Shown piece by piece: positions 55,581-64,000 of a stretch of DNA of 64,000 nt. The first letter of the stretch is position 1, and every line of letters starts with the position of its first letter. The DNA comes from Minisyncoccota bacterium (lineage in GTDB: Bacteria; Patescibacteriota; Minisyncoccia; Moranbacterales; UBA2206): contig JARLIA010000001.1 of the NCBI GenBank assembly GCA_031291955.1, forward strand, positions 5,300-69,299. The letters are read 5' to 3'. The notes beneath the pieces were generated by a model. It made no database searches and had not been told where the DNA came from. It saw nothing but the letters and a program-made list of their open reading frames with translations. Position numbers and translations under genes: made by a program.

Positions 55581-57158
55581 ATGTTAAATGTCAATCATTT
55601 AAATAGACCAAAAACTTATTTGCTGATCGCCAATGTCCTTTTGGTTTTCTTTTTGATATTGCTCGGAAATTTTAAGGTCGTTCCTTTGGACACAGGCGAT
55701 TTTGTTTTTTTCGCTCTTTTGGTTTTTATGCTGGCCATCTACCGGTCAGGCTGGGCGTTTTTGATTTTTGTCGGACTCATTCCCTTGGAAAATATCAACC
55801 TCGCACCGGCCGAGCTGGAAATGACAATCCGGCCGTACCAATTTCTGGGCACCTTTATCATCGCAGCGCTTTTGGTGAGATTTTTCACCAAAAGATTAAA
55901 TTTTATCCCGGCCAAATTGAAATTGCCGGACTATTTGGTGATTGTTATGACGCTCGCCGGATTTCTGAGTGTGGTCACCGCGCCGAACAAATTAGCCTCC
56001 CTAAAACTGGCCGTAATATTTGCCAGCTTCGCTTTTTTATATTTCCTGGTCCGGAATTTTATCCAAAACACCGACGATCTCAAAAAAATAATCCCATTCT
56101 TTTTGAGTTCGTCAGCCGTCGTTATTTTTTACGGCATCTGGCAGAACTGGGCATACCTCCATGGCCGCAATTTTTTCGAAGCCATGCCCGGCCGCCCGAA
56201 CGGAACTTTCACTGAAGCGGATTGGCTGGGAATGTTCATCGTATTAGTTATTTCTGCTACGTATTGCATAATTCAATATTTATCGCAAAATATTTTTTCT
56301 AATAAAGCTAGTCAAATTTTCAATTTTCAATTTTCAATTTCTAAATTTTTAAATTATCTTCTGCTCGTTATTTCATTCATTCTCCTCATCCTCACCGTGT
56401 CGCGCAGTGCCTGGCTGGCGGCGCTTTTCGCGACATTGATGTTTTTGTTTATTTTTTTAACCGATCTGCGCTTTCGGAATTGGCAATGGAGAAACACGGC
56501 ATTTTCCGGCTTGAAAATACTGGCGTCACTAGTCATCGCTCTCGGCGCAATTTATATTTTTCATCTGACCAACTTCCAACTAGGAAGTCGCGCGACGAGC
56601 GCCGGCACCGGACTCCAGCAGATTACCATCGCTTGCGAAAAAAATGTCAATTTACCGGAAAAAATAAACGATAATTCCGAACTGGAAAAATATGATTGCC
56701 AACAGATCAATTTGCAAGACATCGCGGCCGATAAAGTCCAGGGGAAATATGTCACTACGATTTATCGCAACGACCCGAACATCGCCACCCGCAGCGTCAT
56801 TTATCAAAAGTCTTGGCAACAGATAAAAAATAATCCCATCTTGGGAATTGGGTGGGGGAATATCAGCCAAATTTTGGGCACGGACGCCCGCGGCGTACCC
56901 TTAAATTCGTCTAATATTTTTTTGGAAACCTGGCTCGGCGCCGGCCTTGCAGGATTTCTGGCGTTGGTGATTCTTTTGGGCTATATTTTATTCACTGCTG
57001 TCAAAAATTATTTTTATACTCAAGATGATTTACAAAAAACGACGAGTCTTTTCATAATAATCAGCTGGTTCGGATTGATTATTGCCAACCTTTTTAACGC
57101 CGGAATATTCCTAGGGATATTTTGGGTCTGGCTGGCCATTGCGCAGGTAAGTAATTAA
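55581..57158 (+). CDS. O-antigen ligase/polymerase family membrane protein (Wzy_C domain)
   Basis: It has about 12 TM helices and a Wzy_C-type periplasmic loop (NPILGIGWGNISQILG…NIFLETWLGAGLAGFLALV). Confidence 0.7.
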   Translation: MLNVNHLNRPKTYLLIANVLLVFFLILLGNFKVVPLDTGDFVFFALLVFMLAIYRSGWAFLIFVGLIPLENINLAPAELEMTIRPYQFLGTFIIAALLVRFFTKRLNFIPAKLKLPDYLVIVMTLAGFLSVVTAPNKLASLKLAVIFASFAFLYFLVRNFIQNTDDLKKIIPFFLSSSAVVIFYGIWQNWAYLHGRNFFEAMPGRPNGTFTEADWLGMFIVLVISATYCIIQYLSQNIFSNKASQIFNFQFSISKFLNYLLLVISFILLILTVSRSAWLAALFATLMFLFIFLTDLRFRNWQWRNTAFSGLKILASLVIALGAIYIFHLTNFQLGSRATSAGTGLQQITIACEKNVNLPEKINDNSELEKYDCQQINLQDIAADKVQGKYVTTIYRNDPNIATRSVIYQKSWQQIKNNPILGIGWGNISQILGTDARGVPLNSSNIFLETWLGAGLAGFLALVILLGYILFTAVKNYFYTQDDLQKTTSLFIIISWFGLIIANLFNAGIFLGIFWVWLAIAQVSN

Positions 57159-57174
57159 TTACGTAATTAATTAC
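57151..57174. repeat. tandem self-complementary 12-mer (GTAATTAATTAC)x2 overlapping the ligase stop codon
   Basis: Read directly as gtaattaattac gtaattaattac. It lies in the 39-nt gap before the next GT4 gene. Confidence 0.7.
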
Positions 57175-57197
57175 GTACATCGTCACATGATAAAAAT

Positions 57198-58343
57198 ATG
57201 ATTATCGGCATCGACATTAGAAATATCGGAAAAAAACGGACCGGCGACGAAGCGGTGTTTTTCAACCTGGTCAAAAACCTGGCCGCCATTGACGATAAAA
57301 ATGAATATCATCTATTCACCGACATCGCCAACACTCCAATATTACATAATATTGGAGTGGAGTTGGGCCTGACCGAAAAAGATAATTTCAAAATCATCAC
57401 GCTCCCAACCGCCAACAAATTCAGTTGGAATTTCTGGACTCTGCCGAAATATTTAAGAAAGAATCCAGTCGATATTTATCTGACCCAATACATCACGCCG
57501 TGGTTCGTGCCGAAAAAAATAAAAATAGTGACCATAATTCACGACGTTTCTTTCAAGGTTTACAAGCAATTCATCAAAAAGTCGGATCTTTTTTTCCTGA
57601 ATTGCCTGATTCCGCGCTCAATCAAACGCGCGGACAAAGTTGTCGGGGTTTCGAAATTTACAAGAAATGAAATCATCAAATATTATAAAACCGATCCGGC
57701 CAAAGTGGATTTTATTTACAATGCCGTTGCGGATGATTTTTCGGCTGAAGATACGTCGGAAGAAAAAATAAAATCTGTCAAAGAAAAATATCATCTCCCG
57801 GAAAAATACATCCTCTACATCGGCACGCTCCAGCCGCGAAAAAACATCTCGACTCTCGTCGAAGCCTTCGCGCTTTTGAAAATGGGCGGGAAATTCGATT
57901 CTTTGAAGTTGGTGATTGCGGGCGGCAAGGGTCACAATTATGACAAAAAAATCGACACGGCCGTTGCAAATAATAAATTGGAGCAGGACGTAATTTTCCC
58001 GGGTTTTGTCGCTGAAGAAGACAAGGCGGCGTTGATGGCGGCAGCGGATATTTTCTGTTTCCCGTCGTTCTATGAAGGATTCGGCATTCCGATCCTGGAA
58101 GCTATGAGCGTCGGCACGCCGGTTGCGGCGTCCGACATCGCCCCGCACCGGGAAATCGCCGACGAAGCGGCTCTCTTTTTCAATCCGGACGTGGCCGGTG
58201 AAATAACTCAAAAACTGACAGAGATCTTAAAAAACAACACTCTTCACAACAACCTCACAATAAAAGGCCACGCCCAAGTCCCAAAATTCTCCTGGCGGCA
58301 AACCGCCGAAAAAATGTTGAATATTTTTGAAAGTTTAAAATAG
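57198..58343 (+). CDS. glycosyltransferase family 4
   Basis: The GT4 pattern is present (MIIGIDIRNIG…; YEGFGIPILEAMSVGTPVAASDIAPHREI). Confidence 0.85.
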   Translation: MIIGIDIRNIGKKRTGDEAVFFNLVKNLAAIDDKNEYHLFTDIANTPILHNIGVELGLTEKDNFKIITLPTANKFSWNFWTLPKYLRKNPVDIYLTQYITPWFVPKKIKIVTIIHDVSFKVYKQFIKKSDLFFLNCLIPRSIKRADKVVGVSKFTRNEIIKYYKTDPAKVDFIYNAVADDFSAEDTSEEKIKSVKEKYHLPEKYILYIGTLQPRKNISTLVEAFALLKMGGKFDSLKLVIAGGKGHNYDKKIDTAVANNKLEQDVIFPGFVAEEDKAALMAAADIFCFPSFYEGFGIPILEAMSVGTPVAASDIAPHREIADEAALFFNPDVAGEITQKLTEILKNNTLHNNLTIKGHAQVPKFSWRQTAEKMLNIFESLK

Positions 58344-58451
58344 ATTGACAATCCACGACCGGAAGTATAAAATTTTTTCCTTGCAACCTTTTCTCCTGAC
58401 GCGTCGTATATAAGTTATGCCTAAATTCGACCGACATGGCGACATAAGCGA

Positions 58452-58479
58452 TTGACAATAAGCAGCCTTCGGCTACAAT
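58452..58479 (+). promoter_or_regulatory. candidate sigma70 promoter for the LCP-ctpA-rplI unit
   Basis: TTGACA (58452-58457) is followed by a 16-bp spacer and TACAAT (58474-58479). A second ATTGACAAT copy lies about 75 bp upstream. Confidence 0.35.
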
Positions 58480-58586
58480 ACAACTATTGCCAAATCATTC
58501 TATTTATATTATCATTAATCAATCTAAAATTTAATCAAACTTAAAAATTAAAAAAGAGAGCCTTCTTAAGACTCTCACTATTTTTT

Positions 58587-59948
58587 ATGTCGTACTTAGG
58601 AAAAGGGTCGCGCAGTAATTCTTTCGAAAGAAGTTCGAGCACTCAGAAAAAATTCTGGAAAAAACGCTGGTTCAAAATCGCGGCTCCGATTATTTTGCTA
58701 ATTCTTATCGTTGGTACAGCCTTTGCCTGGAAAACCAACTCATTTTTGAACAAAATCTCCAGTGGCGGTCTTCTGGCGGCCGTGGTCCACAGTTTGCCGG
58801 GTGCTGACAATAATCTAAAAGGTCAAAAAGAAGGCCGTATCAATATCGTAGTCATGGGCATGCGCGGAGCCAGTGATCCAAACGGCGGAACATTGGCTGA
58901 TTCTATCGAAGTGGTCAGCGTTGATCCGCAAGCCAACAAAGTTTCAATGATCTCTTTGCCGCGTGATCTTTATGTCGACAACCCGGCCACCGGCAACCAG
59001 ACCAAGTTGAATGCTGTTTATGCCTACGGAGAACAAAAGGGCAAAGGCCAAGGAATTAAATATATGGAACAGGAAGTCCAAACCATCACTAGTCAGCCGA
59101 TCCAATACGGCGTAGTCGTAAATTACACTGCTTTCCAAAAAATCATCGATACCATCGGCGGCGTTCAAATCATCCTGGACAAACCTTTTGAAGAAGCTGT
59201 TCAGTTTGATCAGCCGCATCCCTGTGATTCTTTCTTTTCCGTCCCGACCGGCCAAACCCAGATCAAGACCAAAAAATATTTCAGCAAAGAAACCAACATG
59301 TATAAAACCCGGGCGGTAGCCAGTTATCCGATGTGCACGGCGCCAAAAGACACCCTGGAATGCGGCGGCGATTTCAAGCTGCCGGCCGGCACCCAAACCT
59401 TAAACACCCAGCAAACTCTTTGTTATGTCCGCGCGCGGGAAACTTCCAATGATTTTGCTCGAGCGGGCCGCCAGCAACAAGTGATCCAAGGAATAAAGAA
59501 CAAACTCTTGACCCTGGGAACACTTACTGATTTTTCCAAAGTTAATGGCATCATCGATGGCCTGGGTGACAATATCCAGACCGATATGCAATCCTGGGAA
59601 ATCCAAAGTTTCTTCAACCTCTATTCCCAAATGAAAGGCTACACTTTGTATGCTCGTGTCGTCGACGCCAGTAATGATCCGAACATCGGATTGGTAGTGG
59701 GAAAGAGTGGTACACCAGCTGGTGACATTCTGCTGCCCAAAACCGGGAACTACGATCAATTCAAAACGCTTTTCTCCAACATCTTTACAATGAGTCCGCA
59801 GGAAAAAGAAAATCCGGGTGACGCAAGTTCATCCGGCGCCAATATGCCAGCTTCGCCGCAAACAGCGTCTCCCGCTTCCTCCACAGTAACCCCAGGCGCA
59901 ACGTCTTCAACTTCAACAACCCCCGCCTCAGCGACAACTTCAAATTAA
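58587..59948 (+). CDS. LytR-CpsA-Psr (LCP) family cell-wall glycopolymer ligase
   Basis: It has an N-terminal TM and the LCP core (RINIVVMGMRGASDPNGGTLADSIEVVSVDP…VSMISLPRDLYV). The C-terminal tail is Ser/Thr/Pro/Ala-rich. Confidence 0.85.
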   Translation: MSYLGKGSRSNSFERSSSTQKKFWKKRWFKIAAPIILLILIVGTAFAWKTNSFLNKISSGGLLAAVVHSLPGADNNLKGQKEGRINIVVMGMRGASDPNGGTLADSIEVVSVDPQANKVSMISLPRDLYVDNPATGNQTKLNAVYAYGEQKGKGQGIKYMEQEVQTITSQPIQYGVVVNYTAFQKIIDTIGGVQIILDKPFEEAVQFDQPHPCDSFFSVPTGQTQIKTKKYFSKETNMYKTRAVASYPMCTAPKDTLECGGDFKLPAGTQTLNTQQTLCYVRARETSNDFARAGRQQQVIQGIKNKLLTLGTLTDFSKVNGIIDGLGDNIQTDMQSWEIQSFFNLYSQMKGYTLYARVVDASNDPNIGLVVGKSGTPAGDILLPKTGNYDQFKTLFSNIFTMSPQEKENPGDASSSGANMPASPQTASPASSTVTPGATSSTSTTPASATTSN

Positions 59949-59998
59949 GCCCGGTTTTGAGTGTCTGATGCAGGAGAATAAAAAAACATTCTTGATCT

Positions 59999-61333
59999 AT
60001 GACAGAAGAAAATTTTTCTAACAACCAGGAAGAAAAAAATAAGGAGACTGAAAACAGGAAGCCTGATTTAAGCGACATCGAACAGGAAAATTTGGAAAAA
60101 AACCGGAAACTCTTCAAGAAGTACGTGATATTTTTTGCGGTTATTATTTTGGTAGTCAGTAGTTTCTATTTCGGCTATAATCGGGGACGCGGAAGCGTCA
60201 CTCCGCCATCTTCAAACATCCCGCTTGACCAATCGGTGCTAACCAATAAAAACTCGCCCACTAACGACCAGGTGGATTTTTCGTTGTTTTGGAAAGTTTG
60301 GGACCTACTAAAAGAAAAACACGTCGACAAAGACAAGCTCAATGCCCAACAATTAGTTTACGGCGCCATCAATGGCATGTTGGCCGCCACCAATGATCCT
60401 TACACAGAATTTTTCGACCCGGAGCAGAACAAGGAATTTTCCCAGGACATCGGCGGCAGTTTTGAGGGTATCGGCGCCGAGCTTGGCGTAAAAGACAAAA
60501 TCCTGACCGTCATCGCTCCCTTGGACGGTTCGCCAGCCCAAAAGGCCGGCCTTCGCTCTGGAGACAAGATTTTGAAAGTCAATGGTCAGTCAATCTCCAA
60601 TATGTCGATCGACCAGGCTGTGAATCTCATTCGCGGTCCGAAAGGGTCAAAAGTGACGTTGACTATTTTCCGCGAAGGCGACCAAAACACCCAGGATATT
60701 GCCATCACCCGCGATACAATCGAAGTCAAAAGCGTTAATTTAAGTTTCAAGGACAACGGCATTGCTTATTTGCAAATAACACAATTTTCCAGCAACACTT
60801 CCCAGGAATTCGACGATGCTATGAATCAAATCATTGCTCATCAGTCCAAGGGCATTATTTTAGACTTGCGCGATGATCCGGGTGGATTGCTCGACCAAGC
60901 GGTTGATGTAGCTGATCGTTTGATTTCCAAAGGCCAAATTGTTGTCACTGAAAAAGACAGCGCCGGCAAAGAGGACAGCACTTACACCACTGGCGGTGAC
61001 AAGTTAAGTTCCTTGCCGCTGGTTGTCCTCATCAACCAAGGCAGTGCCAGTGCCTCGGAAATCCTCTCGGGAGCCTTGAAAGACGATCGGAACATTACTC
61101 TCGTGGGGCAAACCTCTTTCGGCAAAGGTTGCGTCCAGGAATTTCTTGATCTGCCCGGCGGATCAAGCGTGAAAATAACGGTCGCCAATTGGCTAACTCC
61201 GCACGGCGATTACATCATGAATAAAGGCATCACCCCGACCATCAAGGTGGATATGACGGCCGACGATACCAAGAATAACAAAGACCCACAATTAGACAAA
61301 GCAATGCAAGTATTGGAAAGCCAAATTAAGTAA
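59999..61333 (+). CDS. ctpA: carboxyl-terminal processing protease (S41 family, CtpA/Prc-like) with a PDZ domain
   Basis: A PDZ domain is present (AGLRSGDKILKVNGQSI), along with S41 catalytic-region motifs (LVVLINQGSASASEILSGALKD; VGQTSFGKG). Confidence 0.85.
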   Translation: MTEENFSNNQEEKNKETENRKPDLSDIEQENLEKNRKLFKKYVIFFAVIILVVSSFYFGYNRGRGSVTPPSSNIPLDQSVLTNKNSPTNDQVDFSLFWKVWDLLKEKHVDKDKLNAQQLVYGAINGMLAATNDPYTEFFDPEQNKEFSQDIGGSFEGIGAELGVKDKILTVIAPLDGSPAQKAGLRSGDKILKVNGQSISNMSIDQAVNLIRGPKGSKVTLTIFREGDQNTQDIAITRDTIEVKSVNLSFKDNGIAYLQITQFSSNTSQEFDDAMNQIIAHQSKGIILDLRDDPGGLLDQAVDVADRLISKGQIVVTEKDSAGKEDSTYTTGGDKLSSLPLVVLINQGSASASEILSGALKDDRNITLVGQTSFGKGCVQEFLDLPGGSSVKITVANWLTPHGDYIMNKGITPTIKVDMTADDTKNNKDPQLDKAMQVLESQIK

Positions 61334-61354
61334 CTTAAGAAACTTGAGAATTTT

Positions 61355-61798
61355 ATGAAAGTAATCTTACTTCAAGACATAAAAAGTTTGGGAAAGAAAA
61401 ATGACATCAAAGACGTCTCCGATGGTTATGCTCGGAATTTTTTGCTGGCCAAGAAGCTTGCCGCGATTGCCACTGAAACGGCCATAGCCGAAGCGGAAGC
61501 GAAAAAAGCCGAGGAGAAAAAAGCCGACGAAGCCAATCTTCAAAATCTCCGCGAACTCGCCGGAAAGCTTAAAGACAAAAAAATAACCTTGAAATCCAAG
61601 GCAAAGGGCGGCAAATTGTTCGGATCGATTTCAGCCAAGGATGTCGCCGCGGAACTGCAAAAAGAAAATTTGGCAGTTCCCGAGAAAAGTATTATACTGA
61701 ATGAGGCAATCAAGAAAATCGGTAACTACCAAATCAAGATCAAGTTGACTGAACAGGTCGAAACGAATATAAAATTAGAAATCGTCGGAGATAAATAA
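61355..61798 (+). CDS. rplI: 50S ribosomal protein L9
   Basis: The product is [30 protein letters not shown]… (147 aa), matching the L9 N- and C-domain pattern. Confidence 0.9.
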   Translation: MKVILLQDIKSLGKKNDIKDVSDGYARNFLLAKKLAAIATETAIAEAEAKKAEEKKADEANLQNLRELAGKLKDKKITLKSKAKGGKLFGSISAKDVAAELQKENLAVPEKSIILNEAIKKIGNYQIKIKLTEQVETNIKLEIVGDK

Positions 61799-61822
61799 TT
61801 GATCTTATACATATAATTTTTT

Positions 61823-61853
61823 AAAAAGTCGCGGGGGAAGCGGCTTTTTATCT
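61823..61853 (+). terminator. possible rho-independent terminator after rplI
   Basis: An AAAAAGTCGCGGGGGAAGCGGCTTTTTT imperfect GC stem is followed by a T-run. Confidence 0.3.
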
Positions 61854-61861
61854 ATAAAAAT

Positions 61862-63502
61862 ATGAAAAACAACCGAAAGTACATCTTTGTAGTCGGAGGA
61901 GTGATGAGCGGAGTAGGAAAAGGAATAACTACTTCTTCCATCGGAGCCATTCTGCAAGCGCGCGGATATAACATCACAGCACTCAAGATCGACCCTTACA
62001 TCAATGTCGACGCCGGCACAATGAACCCGACCGAACACGGAGAAACTTTCGTGCTTGATTCGGGACTGGAAACTGATCAAGATATGGGCAACTACGAGCG
62101 TTTCATGAACATCACCTTGCCTTCGGAAAACTATATGACGACCGGTTCCGTCTATGAAACGGTCATTCACAAGGAAAGAAATCTGGAGTATGGCGGCCGT
62201 TGCGTGGAGGTGGTGCCGCATATTCCCATGGAAGTGATTGAACGGATCGAAAAAGCTTCTGCGAAAGCCAAGTCGGACATTACTTTGATTGAAATCGGCG
62301 GCACAGTAGGGGAATACCAAAACATCCTTTTTCTGGAAGCGGCCCGGATGATGAAGATAAAACACCCGGAAGACGTGCTGTTTGTAATGGTGAGCTATCT
62401 TCCCATTCCATCGAAAGTTGGCGAGATGAAAACCAAGCCGACGCAATATGCCGTCCGCACTTTGAATAGTGCCGGGATCCTGCCGGACGTTATCGTCGCT
62501 CGCAGCGAAACTTTCATCGACAAAAAACGGAAAGAGAAAATTGCCATGTTTTGCAATATTCCGGAGCGCTATGTCATTTCCGCTCCGGATGTGGACAGCA
62601 TTTATGAAGTGCTGATCAACTTCGAGCGCGATGATTTGAGCCGCTTGATCTTGAAAAAACTGGGCCTGCCTTATGGAAAAACCGATCTCAAAAAGTGGTA
62701 CGACTTGGTGGAAAAAATCAAACATCCGAAAAGTAAAGTGAAAATCGGCGTGGTCGGAAAATATTTCGGCACCGGCGATTTCGTTCTCTCCGATGCCTAC
62801 ATTTCAGTGCTCGAAGCCATCAAGCACGCGGCTTACAAGCTCAACTTGAAACCGGAAATCAGCTGGATCAACAGCGAGGTGTTTGAGAAAGAACCGGAAA
62901 AACTCGAGGGTCTAAAAAATTTCGACGGCGTCATCATCCCGGGCGGTTTCGGTTCACGCGGCATCGAAGGCAAGATCAAAGCCATCCAGTTTTTGCGGGA
63001 GAATAAAATTCCGTTCTTGGGTTTGTGTTACGGCATGCAGTTGGCCGTTATTGAATATGCCCGGCATATTTTAGGCTACGCCGACGCCAACACGACCGAA
63101 ATCGACCGCGACACCGCGCATCCGGTCATCGACATTATGCCGGAACAGAAGAAGAATCTGGAGGATTCCAATTATGGCGCTACGATGCGGCTGGGCGCTT
63201 ATCCAGCCATTTTGAAAAAAGGCACCGTCGCTTTCGGCGCTTACAAAAAAGCCAAGATTTCCGAACGCCATCGTCACCGCTGGGAAGTCAACCCGGAATA
63301 TATTGATCAACTGGAAAAAGCTGGTTTAGTTTTCTCCGGCGTTTCGCCCGACAGCAAGCTAATGGAAATTACCGAACTGCCGAAAGCCATCCACCCGTTC
63401 TTCCTCGGCACCCAATTCCACCCCGAACTCAAATCCAGCCCGCTCGATTCCCAGCCGTTGTTTTTGGAATTTGTGAAGACGGCGGCGGGAAATAAAAAAT
63501 AA
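61862..63502 (+). CDS. pyrG: CTP synthase
   Basis: It has the N-terminal synthetase domain (KYIFVVGGVMSGVGKGITTSSIG) and a C-terminal GATase with the catalytic GLCYGMQ motif. The product is 546 aa. Confidence 0.95.
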   Translation: MKNNRKYIFVVGGVMSGVGKGITTSSIGAILQARGYNITALKIDPYINVDAGTMNPTEHGETFVLDSGLETDQDMGNYERFMNITLPSENYMTTGSVYETVIHKERNLEYGGRCVEVVPHIPMEVIERIEKASAKAKSDITLIEIGGTVGEYQNILFLEAARMMKIKHPEDVLFVMVSYLPIPSKVGEMKTKPTQYAVRTLNSAGILPDVIVARSETFIDKKRKEKIAMFCNIPERYVISAPDVDSIYEVLINFERDDLSRLILKKLGLPYGKTDLKKWYDLVEKIKHPKSKVKIGVVGKYFGTGDFVLSDAYISVLEAIKHAAYKLNLKPEISWINSEVFEKEPEKLEGLKNFDGVIIPGGFGSRGIEGKIKAIQFLRENKIPFLGLCYGMQLAVIEYARHILGYADANTTEIDRDTAHPVIDIMPEQKKNLEDSNYGATMRLGAYPAILKKGTVAFGAYKKAKISERHRHRWEVNPEYIDQLEKAGLVFSGVSPDSKLMEITELPKAIHPFFLGTQFHPELKSSPLDSQPLFLEFVKTAAGNKK

Positions 63503-63520
63503 ACTTTCTTAATAGAAACA

Positions 63521-63553
63521 AAAAAGCGACCTGATTAAGGATCGCTTTTTTAT
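63521..63553. terminator. bidirectional terminator between pyrG (+) and the convergent minus-strand gene
   Basis: An AAAAAGCGACC…GGATCGCTTTTTT hairpin is flanked by an A-run and a T-run. Confidence 0.45.
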
Positions 63554-63574
63554 TATTCTAAAGCATTTCTTTTT

Positions 63575-64000
63575 TTATAAAAAAGGCTTGAACACTCCGT
63601 CTTTATAATTCAGCGCCGCTACGGCTGCCTGGTTGTTGCAGCGGGTCATGAAACCGGTCACTGTCACTTCGATCGGATTTTTTTCGGAAGAAGCTGTCAG
63701 TTTATTTTGGAGGTCAGGAGTTATGTCTGCCAACTGAAACTCGGTATTTTTGTCAGTCGGCAATTTCGCAAGATCCGCCGGCGCCACTTCAATTATATTA
63801 TCGCCGTCTTTTTGAGTCTGCCAAACATGAACATCCGCCTCGCCTTGGTAAGTGTGCGCTGAACAAGGGCTGAAATTTTGATTTTTCGCCACCGCAATAT
63901 TGGCTGTCGGGTAATCCTCGCTTTGGACCGAGTTTCCTTGGATCCAAACGTAAGCACCCAATGCCATCGCCACAACCAAAACGATTGCTATCGCCAGGTT
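63575..64000 (-). CDS. secreted/membrane-anchored hypothetical protein (the N-terminus probably runs off the window edge)
   Basis: The ORF is open to the window end. The upstream residues are hydrophobic (…AIAIVLVVAMALGAYVWI), consistent with a signal anchor. Confidence 0.4.
   Translation of the reverse strand, partial: NLAIAIVLVVAMALGAYVWIQGNSVQSEDYPTANIAVAKNQNFSPCSAHTYQGEADVHVWQTQKDGDNIIEVAPADLAKLPTDKNTEFQLADITPDLQNKLTASSEKNPIEVTVTGFMTRCNNQAAVAALNYKDGVFKPFL

Noticed and set aside
57151-57174. Possible CRISPR-like repeat, together with the 1489-1515 and 28266-28300 short tandem repeats
   Set aside because: There are only 2-3 units of 7-12 bp, with no spacer-repeat periodicity of 25-40 bp and no cas genes anywhere in the window. 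They are not CRISPR arrays.

Overview
This 64 kb window reads like a streamlined, Gram-positive-type bacterial genome, possibly from the Candidate Phyla Radiation (Patescibacteria). That placement is inferred from gene content only. Housekeeping genes are tightly interleaved with an unusually large set of cell-envelope glycan genes. The housekeeping set is hpf, secA, a secD carrying an inserted parvulin domain, secF, pheS, pheT, valS, lepA, an FtsB-like gene, a PpiC PPIase, ferredoxin, htrA, clpB, rplI and pyrG, plus a bacterial type-A RNase P RNA. The glycan set is a polyprenyl-phosphate priming sugar transferase, about eight GT4 and two GT2 glycosyltransferases, a Wzx-like flippase, an O-antigen ligase/polymerase-like protein, MurJ, a DUF4012-like protein, a UDP-sugar dehydrogenase, an LCP ligase and a CtpA protease. 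I found no CRISPR array, no tRNA and no obvious prophage. The features that most deserve a second look are listed here. (1) A Y1/HuH (RAYT/IS200-like) transposase-family gene embedded in the glycan operon carries a 46-bp perfect palindrome in its coding sequence, and a second 28-bp perfect palindrome sits inside the flippase gene. (2) The minus-strand glycan operon contains an RtcB RNA ligase immediately followed by a thymidylate-kinase-like P-loop kinase. (3) There are candidate phase-variation switches: a T8G9 tract in the -35/-10 spacer of a secreted 7-repeat protein gene, and a (CACGAAT)4 heptamer inside a GT4 gene. (4) That surface-protein cassette was inserted into the 5' end of valS and left a duplicated valS start fragment. 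(5) An active HtrA and a catalytically dead HtrA paralog bracket clpB.
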